A stretch of DNA of 64,000 bases, taken from contig NC_086097.1 of the NCBI RefSeq assembly GCF_963921235.1, forward strand, positions 19,840,001-19,904,000, written 5' to 3'. The number at the start of each line of letters is the position of its first letter. The first letter of the stretch is position 1. The stretch is from Mobula hypostoma (Eukaryota). The translations under genes were made by a program, and so were the position numbers. The notes below the pieces were generated by a model, which saw nothing but the letters and a program-made list of their open reading frames with translations, was not told where the DNA came from and searched no databases. Shown piece after piece: positions 13,100 through 25,305 of the stretch.

Positions 13100-14400
13100 C
13101 AAGACAGGACTTGCACTGAGGGCGTGTCGGAGAGGACTGGAGACGAGAATGGCGAGGCATCGGACCCCAAGTCCCTACAAAGGACGTCAGAGAGGATCAT
13201 CGGGGTCTCCCGTCTACCCATCACCGAGATTTATCAGGAGCGCGGCGTACGCAGGGCCGTTAGCATTGTCAATGATCCCTCCCGTCCATCCAACGANNNN
13301 NNNNNNNNNNNNNNNNNNNNNNNNNNNNNNNNNNNNNNNNNNNNNNNNNNNNNNNNNNNNNNNNNNNNNNNNNNNNNNNNNNNNNNNNNNNNNNNNNNNN
13401 NNNNNNNNNNNNNNNNNNNNNNNNNNNNNNNNNNNNNNNNNNNNNNNNNNNNNNNNNNNNNNNNNNNNNNNNNNNNNNNNNNNNNNNNNNNNNNNNNNNN
13501 NNNNNNNNNNNNNNNNNNNNNNNNNNNNNNNNNNNNNNNNNNNNNNNNNNNNNNNNNNNNNNNNNNNNNNNNNNNNNNNNNNNNNNNNNNNNNNNNNNNN
13601 NNNNNNNNNNNNNNNNNNNNNNNNNNNNNNNNNNNNNNNNNNNNNNNNNNNNNNNNNNNGAAGATAAGACAGTATTGGGACAATGACTGTCAGGACGGGA
13701 AACAGCTTCTTCCCACAGGCCTGAGAGTACTGAACTCCCTGTCGCCACTCAGGTCTCATCACGTATGAAGCGCCGGTATCGCCGTGCTGTTTACTTTTTT
13801 AGCTTGCGTCACAAATGCACCTTATTATTTGTTAATGTATTTGTGGTCATATCATTTCATGTGTTAAGTGTGTGAGTTATATGTACTGCGTATTTTCTCT
13901 TTATGGACAGATCGGCCATGATCTTATTGGATGGCGGGGTAGGCTCGACGGGCCGGATGGCCTACTCCTGCTCCTATTTCTTGTGTTCTTTTCTCATTGT
14001 TACCATCAGGTAGGAGATACAGAAGCCTGAAGGCACACACTCAACGACTCAGGAACAGCTTCCTCCCCTCTGCCGTCCGATTCCTAAATACTGAACCCTT
14101 GGACAATACCTCTCTTTTTTTAATATACAGTATTTCTGTTTTTTGCACGATTTTTAATCTATTCAATATACGTATACTGCAATTGATTTACTTATTTATT
14201 TATTATTATTACTATTTTTATTTTTTTCTCCTTTATATTATGTATTGCATTGAACTGCTGCTGCTAAGTTAACAAGTTTCACGTCACATGCCGGTGATAA
14301 TAAACCCGATTCTGACTCTGCACCTTGGTCCGGAAGAATGTTGTTTCATTTGGCGGTGTACCTATGTGTGATTGACTATTAATAAACTTCAATTTGACAG
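13100..14400 (+). mobile_element. Rex1-like 3' fragment with nested CR1-tail and Rex-tail insertions (~13890-14320)
   Basis: Encodes SDPKSLQRTSERIIGVSRLPITEIYQER; colinear with 6230-6600 and 7340-7455. Confidence 0.65.
13297..13659. other. Assembly gap (363 N) inside a Rex1-like fragment
   Basis: Run of N. Confidence 0.99.
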
Positions 14401-16217
14401 TGGGGACATTGTAATAATCCCCAGGTGCGCAACCAATAGTTTTTCCACGGATTGAACGGGTTTCTCGAATCACAATTTTTCGCCGAAAAAGGATTCTCGG
14501 GCAGCGCCAGAATTTCTCGTTCGTTTTATCAAACACCGATAGGTCCCGAGCTTTAAACAGGGATCTGCCCCGCGCCGTTTCACGGACCTCCCGCCAGTCA
14601 ATGAGCAGAAAACGAACTCATCCCTGTCGGTGTGCATTCCGGTACGATAACGAAATCAGTTTCACGGTGCAAAAAGCAAGCTGCTGGGGGATCTCAGCGA
14701 GGCATGCAGCACATGCGGGGGCAGGGGGATGGATGGTCGATACTTCGGGCCGAGCTCCTCTCGAACTGGAACGCCGACAACCCCCCCTCCCTCCACAGAT
14801 ACCGCTTGATCCGCCCAGCTCCTCCGGCAGTCCGGCAGCACGTCTCTCTGTGGCCCCCGACACACGGGAGTTCACCCAACGCTCGTACAAAACTGGTAAA
14901 TGGCATCGCGTTTATACTAATCTCGCTGTTCTCAGTACCTAGATTTCGTTGCCTTGATATTAGGACCTTGAGACCAGAAGACATAGGCGAAGAATTCAGC
15001 CCATCGAGTCGTTTCCGCCACTCAATCATGGTTGATTTTTTAACCCCTTCAACCCCATTCTCCTGCCTTCTCCCCGTCACCCTTAACGCCCTATTAATGA
15101 AGAAACTATTAACCCCCCGTTTTAAATATGCGCAATGTATTTGCTGTGAATCTCTCCATCCCTAATCTGTAAATATCTTGTTCCGGTTCCTCCAGCTATC
15201 TATCCACACAATGAAAGTGGAAAGTTCGATATTGTTTTCTTTGTTTTAAACAACGAGCATTGGCTTAATTTCCCCAACAATTTTTTCTTTATAACGCGCG
15301 CCGTCTCGCGTTTTACATTACGGAAATGATTTTAGAGAACGCACAAGATGTTTCTACTAACGCTAACCAGAGCAGTTTATATTTCCCCCAAGCATTCCTA
15401 ATTTAACGAGGTCATTTTACACTGTAATAGAGTAATACTGGCAATAAAAACAATCGGGACATCGACATTGAAGGCTTATGTTTTTATATAAAAAAAACGT
15501 AAAACGATTGCAACACACACAAAATGCTGGTGGAACGTGTTTACGTAAAACGATTACTTCGTCTGCGGTAAAACAAAGATTTTGCGTTCGTCCTCTTTAA
15601 GCTGGCAGTAAGTGCGTTAAATACTACAGTGGAAATTTTCATTCCTGGAGATCTATGACAAATCCAAATTTCGCGGCATATTTGCGGAGAAGTTTATTTC
15701 TATTGTTCAGTGGAACAAAACGGTCTCCGCAGGGTTTTCTCGCTGAAATGGTAATTTCTCATTTGAAAGTAGGATCCACTTGCACTCCTTCCTCGAATAA
15801 ATGTAAACTCTGCTTGAGGTATTCAGGGAGTGTGCCAATATTTGCACTGGGTCCCTGGGAGTGGATAAATACTAGCAGAAATTTTTAAAATGCATATTTA
15901 CACCGGGTCCCCGGCGTGTGTAAACACTGCGAGAAGCCCCCGGAATAATTGTGAATATTTGCTCTGGGCCCTTTGTGGAAACGTTGCATGTCTCCAGTAT
16001 TCGCACCGAGTCCCCGACTGTGTGCCAGCAATAGCAGGAAAACCCCTAGAGCGCGTGCCAGTCTAATTAAGTTGTATCTTTATTCACAGGAATATGCAGT
16101 ACGTACACAGTTGCAGAAATTCTGTTGGTATGCATCACACCCTTTTAAGAGACTGAGCTCTTGTTCATTTGGGGGCAGTTTTTAAATTTCTCAAAGGTAA
16201 ACTGTTTGCTTCACAGT

Positions 16218-17018
16218 ATTCACCACCCTCTGACTAAAAAAAAATTTCTTCGCATTTCTGTTCTGAAAGGGCGCCCTTCAATCCTTAAGTCATGCCCTCT
16301 CGTACTAGACTCCCCCATCATGGGAAACAATTTTGCCACATCCACTCTATCCATGCCTTTTAACATTCGAAATGTTTCTATGAGGTCTTTCCTCATTCTT
16401 CTAAACTCCAAGGAATACAGTCCAAGAGCGGACAAATGTTCCTCATATGTTAACCCTTTCATTCTCGGAATCATTCTAGTGAATCTTCTCTGTACCCTCT
16501 CCAACGTCAGCACATCCTTTCTTAAATAAGGAGACCAAAACTGCCCACAGTACTCCAAGTGAGGTCTCACCAGCGCCTTATAGAGCCTCAACATCACATC
16601 CCTGCTCCGATACTCTATTCCTCTAGAAATGAATGCCAACATTGCATTCGCCTTCTTCGCTACTGACTCAACCTGGAGGTTAACTTTAAGGGTATCCTGT
16701 ACGAGGACTCCCAAGTCCCGTTGCATCTCAGAACTTTGAATTCTTTCCCCATTTAAATAATAGTCTGCCCATTTATTTTTTCTGCCGAAGTGCATAACCA
16801 TACACTTTCCAACATTGTACTTCATTTGCCACTTCCAAGTCATTGGGTGTATTTAAGCCAGAGATTGATAGGTATCTGAGTAGCCAGGGCATCAAAGGTT
16901 ATGGTGAGAAGGCGGGGGAGTGGGAGTAAATAGGAGAATGGATCAGCTCATGATAAAATGGCGGAGCAGACTTGATGGGCCGAATGGCCTACTTCTGCTC
17001 CTTTGTCTTATGGTCTTA
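16218..17018. mobile_element. Young CR1/HER1-like LINE with 5' inversion (16218-16834 minus, 16835-17018 plus)
   Basis: Stop-free ~200-aa ORF2 segment KWQMKYNVGKC...RPHLEYCGQFWSP...LERVQRRFTRMIP on the minus strand, abutting the plus-strand CR1 3' end and tail. Confidence 0.88.
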
Positions 17019-17225
17019 TTATCAAAGTACATACGTGTTACCATATACGGTACAGCCCTGAGATTTACTTTCTTGTGGGCATTCACAATAAATACAAAGA
17101 AACAGAATAGTATCAATGAAAATACATACACAGGATGGGCAAAACAACAATATACAAAAGACAATAGATTGAGCAATTACAAAAAAGAAATCAAATTAAT
17201 AATAATTATTGCAGTATTAATAAAT

Positions 17226-17798
17226 GGGTTCCTTAAGGTGGTTATAGCCAGGGTGATAAGCTCCCACTATCTATTAAATGCTCCCAATGGTGTGTGTCTC
17301 AAATAGCCTCTGACAACCAAGTCCAGCTCCTTGCCTTCACACGTGGCTTAGCTACTAAACCCGATGGGACTATTTCTACTGACAGGAGAAGGGCCAAAGG
17401 CAGGTGACTGGCACCTTAAAACCAGTCGCTTCAGGCAGACCGGGCTCGTCAGCCGTGGTTGGCAGCTCATCTAGGAGAAGGAAAACTCTGATCTCAAACC
17501 TCTGCTGCTTTGCAGCTATACCCACTCACGGGGAAAGCTTCAGGAGTAAAGCCCAAGGAAAAATCTGAAGCTGGACTCCCTAAGGCAGCCTGACGTTGAG
17601 TTCAATGTTGACTGGCAACTCCTGCGACATCACTGATGCCAAACTGTATCGGTCTCCGTCTTTCCTTTGGGTTCATCAGCTGCGTGGAGAGGGGGAGCCT
17701 GCTACATGAGCAACAGCTTGCTCTCCATTTCATACTGCCCTGGCTTGCGTATCAGTTGGACAGAATGTCCATAGTCAACCCTGACCAATGGGGGCCTC
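17226..17798 (+). mobile_element. ~550-bp non-autonomous retroposon (copy 2)
   Basis: Colinear with 7625-8163. Confidence 0.75.
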
Positions 17799-18084
17799 TC
17801 AGATTATAAATTTAAAATGCAATATTGATAATACTGAAATATAACGTTCCTATATCTAACTTGCACAACAGTGGCACATGAGTTTTAGTTAAATCTCATT
17901 CACAGCAAAGATTTTAACATTTGAACAAGTATTATGTTATCAATAATACAACACATTGTGCCATTTAGCCCAGCATGTCCATTCTAATCATCTATATTAA
18001 TCCCCTTTACCCACATTTTGTGTAACAGCCAGGGGTGGTTTTATTTTAAAGATCGTTTTTCAGTTAGTACATGGACTGTATTTT

Positions 18085-18725
18085 CTCAGTGTGTCACCTC
18101 ATGGACATATTGATGCAGCCATTAAGAAGGCAAGACAGCAGCTATATTTCATTAGGAGTTTGAGGAAACTGCGTTTGTCAACTAAAACACTCAAAAACTT
18201 TTACAAATGTACCATACAGAACATTCTGACTGGCTGCATCACAGTCTAGTATTGGGGGGGCTACTGCACAAGATTGAAGTAAGATGCGGAAACATATAAA
18301 ATTAGTCAGCTCCATCACCGGTACGAGCCTCTGTCGTATCTAAGACACCTTCGAGGAGTGGTGCCTTAGGAAGACGGCATCCATTATTAAGGACCTCCAC
18401 CACCCAGGACATGCCCTCCTCTCATAGTTAACATCGGGATGGAAGTAAAGAAGCCTGAAGCCACACACTCAGTGATTCAGGAACAGCTTCTTCCCCTCTG
18501 CCATCCGATTCCTAAATGGACATTGGACCCATGAATACTACCTATTTTTTAATTTCTGTTTTTTTTGCACACTTTACTTTAACTTAACCATTTAATAGAC
18601 ACATACTTGCTGTAATTCAGTTTTCCTCTATATTTATTTATCATGTATTTCATTGTACTGCTGCCAAAGTTAATAAATTTCATAATCTACACCTGTCATA
18701 TTAAAACTGATTCTGATTCTGATCT
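18085..18725 (+). mobile_element. Rex1/Babar LINE 3' fragment
   Basis: Aligns with 59050-59727; KKARQQLYFIRSLRK-like coding remnant and (GATTCT)n tail. Confidence 0.75.
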
Positions 18726-20004
18726 GGATAAGGAGTGTTACTTGAATTGTTTATCTTTTTTGCCAATTGTTTGTCTTTGGATCTGCTCGGGTTTTCACAT
18801 TGTGCTGCAGGTGTCTCATTTGGTATCGTGGGGATTGTTAAGCTCTCTTTGTATTTATTACTTTTATTCAATTTGGGATAATTTAATTCGTACAGTATTT
18901 TCAATGTCTTGTAATGTAGTTGTTGGTTTTGGGGATTATCGCTTCGTCTGGACACCCATGTTGTCTGATTGGTCCTGAATTCCTATGTGCTCCAGGGTGT
19001 TTTTCAGGTGGGCATGCCAACTCCTCCTTGTTGGGCTGTTGTGCTTCCTAATCTGGTGACACTCAGACCAAGTTCTTCTGTGTATCGTGAGTGATTTCAG
19101 TTCAAAAGGATTCTGTATAGTTTGCCTCAGCTCTTGTTAGTTTATCTGTTTGAATTGCCAAAGTCTCGATAATTCCTGCACTTGAGTTCACTAGTGACCC
19201 TCACATTTGGTCCATGGCCTTGTTGATTCTAGATCTTGTCCAAATGCATCTTAAATGTTGTGGGGGTGCCTGCATCCACCATCTCTTCATGCATTTTAGT
19301 TAGTTGGAATGGGAGATTCCAGTGCCGTAATTTTCTTAATAAGGTTTTAACAGAGACTGACTCCAAAATGTGTTATACATGTAACATCTTGCAAACCACA
19401 AATACATTCAAGTCTACAGTTAAATAGAAACACAAGAGATTCTGCAGATGCTGGAACTCCAGAGTAACACACACAAAATGATGGAGGAACTCAGCAGGCC
19501 AGTCTGCATCTATGGAGAGAAACGGAGTTGATGGTTCAGGCTGAGACCCTTCCTGACTTGCTGAATTCCTCCAGCATCTTGTATGTGTTACAGTTAAATA
19601 CAGTCAAGTCTACAGAAAATGAATCTTAAAGTAGTATATGCTAACATATATATACTTTTGATAATAAATTTTAAATTTGACTTTGAGTTTACTTTGACTT
19701 TGAAACTACCCACATAGACATGCACACAAGCTTTTTCAAAATACATCTACAACCATCAAGGTAAATTAAAATGTATCAATCCCATTCAATGTTTTAGATC
19801 TGTATTGTACAATCTGTATTTATACACCCTCTAACGCCTACCAAAATTTAACTTTCATAACCATATCATATCTGTCCAGAGGTTCTGACATATTCACATA
19901 TCCGACCACAAGATGTGGCAATATATCAGTAAATCTACCAAAATAGCAGAAGTCCAACAAAATAGTCCATAGAGCAAATTTTAGAAGGCCTACCAATCTG
20001 ACTT

Positions 20005-20356
20005 GGGTGGCAGGGAGGAGATATGTCTCTACCAAAGGAGGTGTGAGGCACTCATTCCCTCTGCTAGTCTTCAGGTTACTTTCAGCAAAGTGTACCATCT
20101 GCTTAGCCCCCCCAGTCAGGGTCACATTAGGCCATGAGAGCAGGTGGTGGATATCACAAGTCCTGGTTATGTGTCCACTGATGCCAGGCAGACTATCTCT
20201 GAAGAGTATTGATAATGGTTGGAGTTACCCATCTTGCAATGACATTGCCTAAACGAAGGCAATGGCAAACCACTTCTGTAGAATTTGCCAAGAACAATCA
20301 TGGTCATAGACCATGATCACCCACATCATACAACATGGCACATAATGATGATGATG
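20005..20356 (+). mobile_element. SINE with RTE/BovB-type 3' tail
   Basis: Contains gaaggcaatggcaaaccacttc (Bov-A/Sauria-SINE-like tail) and ends in (GAT)n; other copies at 26215-26570 (-), 27410-27670 (+) and 23500-23573 (-). Confidence 0.65.
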
Positions 20357-20394
20357 ACCAATCTGACTGAACAGAACACATAAATTTTCCACGA

Positions 20395-21005
20395 GAAACA
20401 CTAGAGATTCTGCAGATCCTGGAAGTCCAGACTAACACACACAAAATACTTGAGGGACCCAGATTAGGCAGCATCTATGCAGGGGAATAAAGACTCGATA
20501 TTTTGGGCTGACACCCTTCATCAGGACTGGAAGGGAAGGGGAGAAGTCAGATTAAAAGGTGGGAGGGAGGAGGAGAAAGTGCAAGCTGTAAGGTGATAGG
20601 TAAATCTAGGTGAGGGGGGAGGTAGGTGGGTGGAGGAGGGGGGAATGAAGTGAGAAGGTGGGAGGTGATAGGTGAAAAAGGTAAAGGGTTGAAGTAGAGG
20701 GAATGTAATAGGAATGGAGAGTGGACCATGGGAGAAACGAAGAAAGAAAGGCACCAGAAGGTGATAGGAAGGTGAGGAGAAGAGGAGGGGTAATAGAGGA
20801 GCCAGAATGGGGAATGGAAGAAGAGGGAAGGGAGAGGGGAGGGGGAATTACAAAAAATTAGAGAAATCAGTGTCCATGCTGTCAGATTGGACACTACACA
20901 CATGAAGTATGAAGGTTGGCCTCATGGTGGCAGTAGAAGAGGCCCATCAAGTCAGAATGGGAATGGGGATTGGAATTTAAATAGTGGGCCACCAGGAAAT
21001 CCTGC
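20395..21005 (-). mobile_element. Penelope-like element 3' fragment
   Basis: Reverse-complement homology to 22930-23465. Confidence 0.72.
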
Positions 21006-21039
21006 TTGTTATCCACCAGGAGTCCATACATAAAACATG

Positions 21040-21155
21040 CAAATTCTTTCAAATACTAATAAAGTTAGTCTCCTTCTATAGTCTCACCTGGGAAATGTTT
21101 GCAGGGCTCTCAGGTGAGACTACAGAAGGAGACTATTAGTATTTAAAATAATTTG
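21040..21155 (-). other. Long inverted repeat / hairpin (candidate pre-miRNA)
   Basis: 21066-21090 pairs with 21111-21135 (24/25) and 21040-21059 pairs with 21136-21155 (18/20); 6-nt bulge, 20-nt loop. The inverted repeat is certain; RNA function is unproven. Confidence 0.85.
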
Positions 21156-22399
21156 TTCTTAATGGTCAGCTTCTGTGCTGTCTCAGTCTATGATTCTACC
21201 ATCAAATGTATCAGAAAACAATTTTAACATGTGCATCCATTTTCAATAAGAATCAGACTGAATTGGGCAGCACAGTGTTACTGCCTCACAGTAACACTCG
21301 AGACCTGTGTTCGATCCTGGACTCAAGTGTTGTCCGCGTAGAGTGTGCACCTTCTCCTGCCAGCTTCTGGGTTTCTGCAGAATATTGTTACTTTCTGCCT
21401 CATCCTAGGCATGTGTTGGTAGCTTGCTTGGCTGCTGTGAGTTGCCCCTAGTGTAGGACAGTGACAGCCCCAGTAGGCCAGTGACAAAAAAACCCAAGGG
21501 AATTGATAGGCATTTGTTGGAGGACAATGGAGAATGAAGAAGAGGGAAAGAGGCGGATGAGGTTGCTCAACTGGGAGCCAGCAAGCACCTGATGGACCAA
21601 ATGGCCTCCTTTTGTCAGAATAGTAAATCAAAGAAGCCTATAATCTTTACTCCAAAACTGCAGAACAACCAGTATCCAAAATGTGCAAGCAAACCTCTCA
21701 GGGCCTCCACAGAGATTAACATCAGTGCTACACCATCAAGTCCCATTCGTGTACCGTGAAACCCACACAAGTAGATCAAACATGATCAAAGCCACTAAAT
21801 GTGCCGTCAGTACCTTAAACCCAACAGTGCCAGAAAATAATGCAAGTAAATGCACCACATTTTGTGGAATTATTTCAATTACTACCCTATCGGAGCACAT
21901 CAAAAACATACTCAGTAAATGGTGCCACCACAGGAATTTTCATTTATATTGCAACCATTAACAGCAAAGATGTCCAGCATTCTGCAGCAATAATTTCTAA
22001 CAAAGTAACTTCACCTCTAGGAATGTGATGGGATACTGAAGCAGGTGACCAAAGACTTGGTCAAACAGGTTTTAAGGGGCTCCTTAAAAAAAGGGTGGAG
22101 AAGTGGAGACGTTTAGGAAGGGAATTTATTTAAGAGGCCCCCCCAGTAAAAAAACACAGTCAAAAGATGCCTTCATTTTACATTTGTGGAGCCAAGTTGA
22201 ATAAATACATCCAGGCTTTCATAAAGAGGAAATACAGATACTTAGAATCAGAGTTAGGTTTATAATCACTGATGTATGTCTTGAGACTTGCTGTTTTGTT
22301 CAAACAGTACTGTGCAAAACATGAAACTGACTACAAATTTCAACAAGAAATATATATGTTTGATAAGAAATATGTATGTCTTTCCACTGTCTTTACAGG

Positions 22400-23465
22400 G
22401 AACGGGGCTTCCCTTCCTCCACCACTGATACTGCCCTCGCCTGCATTTCTTCCATTTCCCGGACATCCACGCTCATCCCATCTCCTCGCTGCCTTAACCA
22501 GGATAGAATTCCTCTTGTCCTGACCTCCCAACCCATGAGCCTCTGCATCCAACACATCATTATCCACAACTTCCGGAATCTTCAATGGGATTCTACCACT
22601 AAACACATCTTTACCTCCACACCCCCCTCCACCTCTGCTTTACGCAGGGATCACTCCCTACGTGATTCACTTGTCCACTCATCTCTCCCCACTAATCTCC
22701 CATACATAGCCCTATAAACAGCCAAAGAGCTACACCTGTTCATTCACCCCCTCCCTCACCTCCATTAAGGGTCCCGAACAGTCCTTCCAGGCAAGGCAAC
22801 ACTTGACCTGTGAATCTGTTGGGATCTTCTACTGTATCGGGTGTTCTTGATACGACGTCCTCTACATTGGTGACACCCAATGTAAAATGGGGAACCGTTT
22901 TGTCGAGCACATCTGCTCCATCCACCAGAAGTGGAATTCCGTAGGAGCCAACCATTTGAATTCCTATCCCCATTCCCGTTCTGACATGTCAGTCCATGGC
23001 CTTCTCTGTTGCCACGATGAGGTCACGCTCAAGTTAGAGGAGCAACACCTCATATTCCATCCAGATAGTCTCCAACTTCATGGCATGAATATCGATTTTT
23101 CCTTCCGGTAATTTATTTCCCTCACCCTTCTCTCTTCTATTCCCCAATCTGGCATCTTACTTCTTCTCTTCACCTGCCTATCACCCACCCCTGGAACCCC
23201 TGCTTCTTCCTTTTCTCCCATGGTCCACTCTTCTCTCCTATCAGATTCCTTCTTCTCCAGTAATTTACCTATCCCACCCACCTGACCTCACCTATTGCCT
23301 TCTAGCTAGTCCTCCTTCCCCTCCCCCCACTTTTTTATTCTGGCGTCTTCTCCTTTCCTTTCCAGTCCTGAAGAAGAGTCTTGGTCCGAAACGTCAACTA
23401 TCTATTCATTTCAATAGATGGTGCCTGACCTGCTGAGTTCCTCCAGCACTTTGTGTGTGCTGCTC
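22400..23465 (+). mobile_element. Penelope-like retroelement 3' part (RT C-terminus, GIY-YIG endonuclease remnant, terminal repeat)
   Basis: Frameshifted peptides NQDRIPLVLT...RRDHSLRDSLVHSSLP, CESVGIFYCIGCS..LYIG.T (GIY-YIG) and RFVEH...HGLLCCHDEVTLKLEEQHLIF...GMNIDF; hammerhead motif at 23364-23399. Confidence 0.85.
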
Positions 23466-23573
23466 TATACGTGCAATATGTATGTTACATTGTTCATTCA
23501 TTATGTGCCGTGTCATATGACGTAGTGATCACGGTCTTTTTATGACCATGATTGGCAATTTTTTCTACAGAAG

Positions 23574-24383
23574 ATTAGATTAGATTAGATTCAACTTTGT
23601 TGTCATTGTGCCGAGTACAGATACAAAGCCAATGAAATGCATTTAGCATCTGACAAGAAATGCAAAGAATAGTGTTATTTACAAAATAACTGTGAATTTA
23701 AAAAGTGCTACAGCACACAAATATAAAAGTACTGAGACAGTACAATACGGGTGCAATACTGCTTAGCGCTGTGATGAGAGGTTCAGCAGTGTCACAGCCT
23801 CAGGGAAGAAGCTCTTCCTGTGCCTGCTGGTGCGGGAGTGGAGTCCCCTGTAGCGCCTACCGGATGGGAGGAGAGTAAAAAGTCCATGGTTAGGGTGAGA
23901 TGTATCCTGATAATGCTTTTTGCACTGCCCAGGCAGCGTTTATGGTAGATGTTCTCAATGGTGGGCAATTGGGTGCAGATAATCCGCTGGGCAGTTTTCA
24001 CCACACGCTGGAGTACTTTGCGATCTGATACGGGACAATTGTCATACCACACTGAGATGCAGTTGGTGAGTATGCTCTCAATGGTACAGCGGTAAAAGTC
24101 CATCAGTATCCTGGAACAGAGGTGAGCTTTCTTGATGCTCCACAGGAAATAAAGGCACTGTTGCGTCTTTTTGATCAGGATGGAGGAGTTCGGGGACCAG
24201 GTAAGATCCTCGGAAATGTGGACACGAAGGAATTTGAAGCTTGATACATGCTCCACTACAGTTCCGTTGATGTAGATGGGGATGTGAGTGTGACTCCTGG
24301 CGTGCCTAAAGTCCACAATGATCTCCTTGGTCTTCTGGGTGTTAAGGGCCAGGTTGTTGTCGGCACACCACACGGCCAGGTGC
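23574..24383 (-). mobile_element. Young 5'-truncated Rex1/Babar LINE (copy A)
   Basis: Encodes WCADNNLALNTQKTKEIIVDFR...FKFL...FYRCTIESILTNCISVWY; (TCTAA)n tail; highly similar to 41256-42126; inserted into an RTE-tail SINE. Confidence 0.88.
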
Positions 24384-24417
24384 AGACAGGGGTTTGCCAT
24401 TGCCTTCTTCTGGGCAG

Positions 24418-24419
<2 letters not shown>

Positions 24420-24456
<37 letters not shown>
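24420..24456. repeat. (GT)n microsatellite
   Basis: Direct reading. Confidence 0.98.
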
Positions 24457-24459
<3 letters not shown>

Positions 24460-25064
24460 ATAATAGTGCAAGAAAGAGCAAAATAGTGAGGTAGTATTCA
24501 TGGGTTGTTTCATTGTCCTTTCAGAAATCTGATGGGAAGGGGAAAAAGCTTTTCCTAAAATGTTGAATGTGGGTCTTCAGCCTCTTGCACCACCTCCCTG
24601 ATGGGAGCAATGAGAAGGGGGCATGTCCCACCTGGTGGGGATCCTTTATGATGGATGCCACCCTGTGCAGAGGCCCCTCTACACCAGATGGTGAAGCAAC
24701 CAGTTAAGCAGAAATGTTTTGTATGATTTATAGGTACTTCCCAGATGTTATTATTTCACATTAGCCATCCTAGACCAACTTTAAAAAGAAAAAGAAAATA
24801 AATGTTAAAAGTAGTGTTTCAGGAGTTACCATTTTGGTCACTTAGAAACAGAGAGATCAGGAAAGTTACTGTGTGGTGGTGAGACTGTGAAATGGCCAGG
24901 TAACATCTCACAGGATGCAGGCACCAACACAGGGAGGTTCAGAACTACCTCCTGCCCAGAAAGGATGACCAGGGCTCGAATGGTGGCAGAAACGGGGTGA
25001 CAGTGAAGCCCATTATGATGGCAGTGAAGAAGTAATAGCACGAGGGAATAAAGATCTAAACTCC

Positions 25065-25305
25065 ACCATGGAGGGTCCCAAGCCCGGTTGTGAACGGAGG
25101 AGAGTTGGGCATGGGGCTAGCAACTCCATCCTGTAAAAACTCAGAGCTACAGAAACGCCAACACAAGCTCCAAAGACCTCATCCCTGGGAGAGGAAGGAT
25201 CTTCATAGATGGACTACACTTGGGGACAACTTGAAAGACTGGCCCAGGAAAGAAGACTCGAGCAAGCTGCTGTCAGTGGCCTATGCCCCAGTAGGCTTGA
25301 AAAGA
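25065..25305 (+). mobile_element. Short RTE-derived non-autonomous element
   Basis: Contains ggggctagcaac...ctgtaaaaac and a ggcctatgcccc 3' motif; related copies at 31820-32050 (+) and ~40390-40830 (-). Confidence 0.55.

Noticed and set aside
13124-13768. Long ORFs across 13.1-13.8 kb and 50.9-51.2 kb
   Set aside because: Artefacts of N runs.
14601-15165. Overlapping 113-177 aa ORFs
   Set aside because: GC-rich stop-poor DNA running into a CR1 tail; no recognisable protein.
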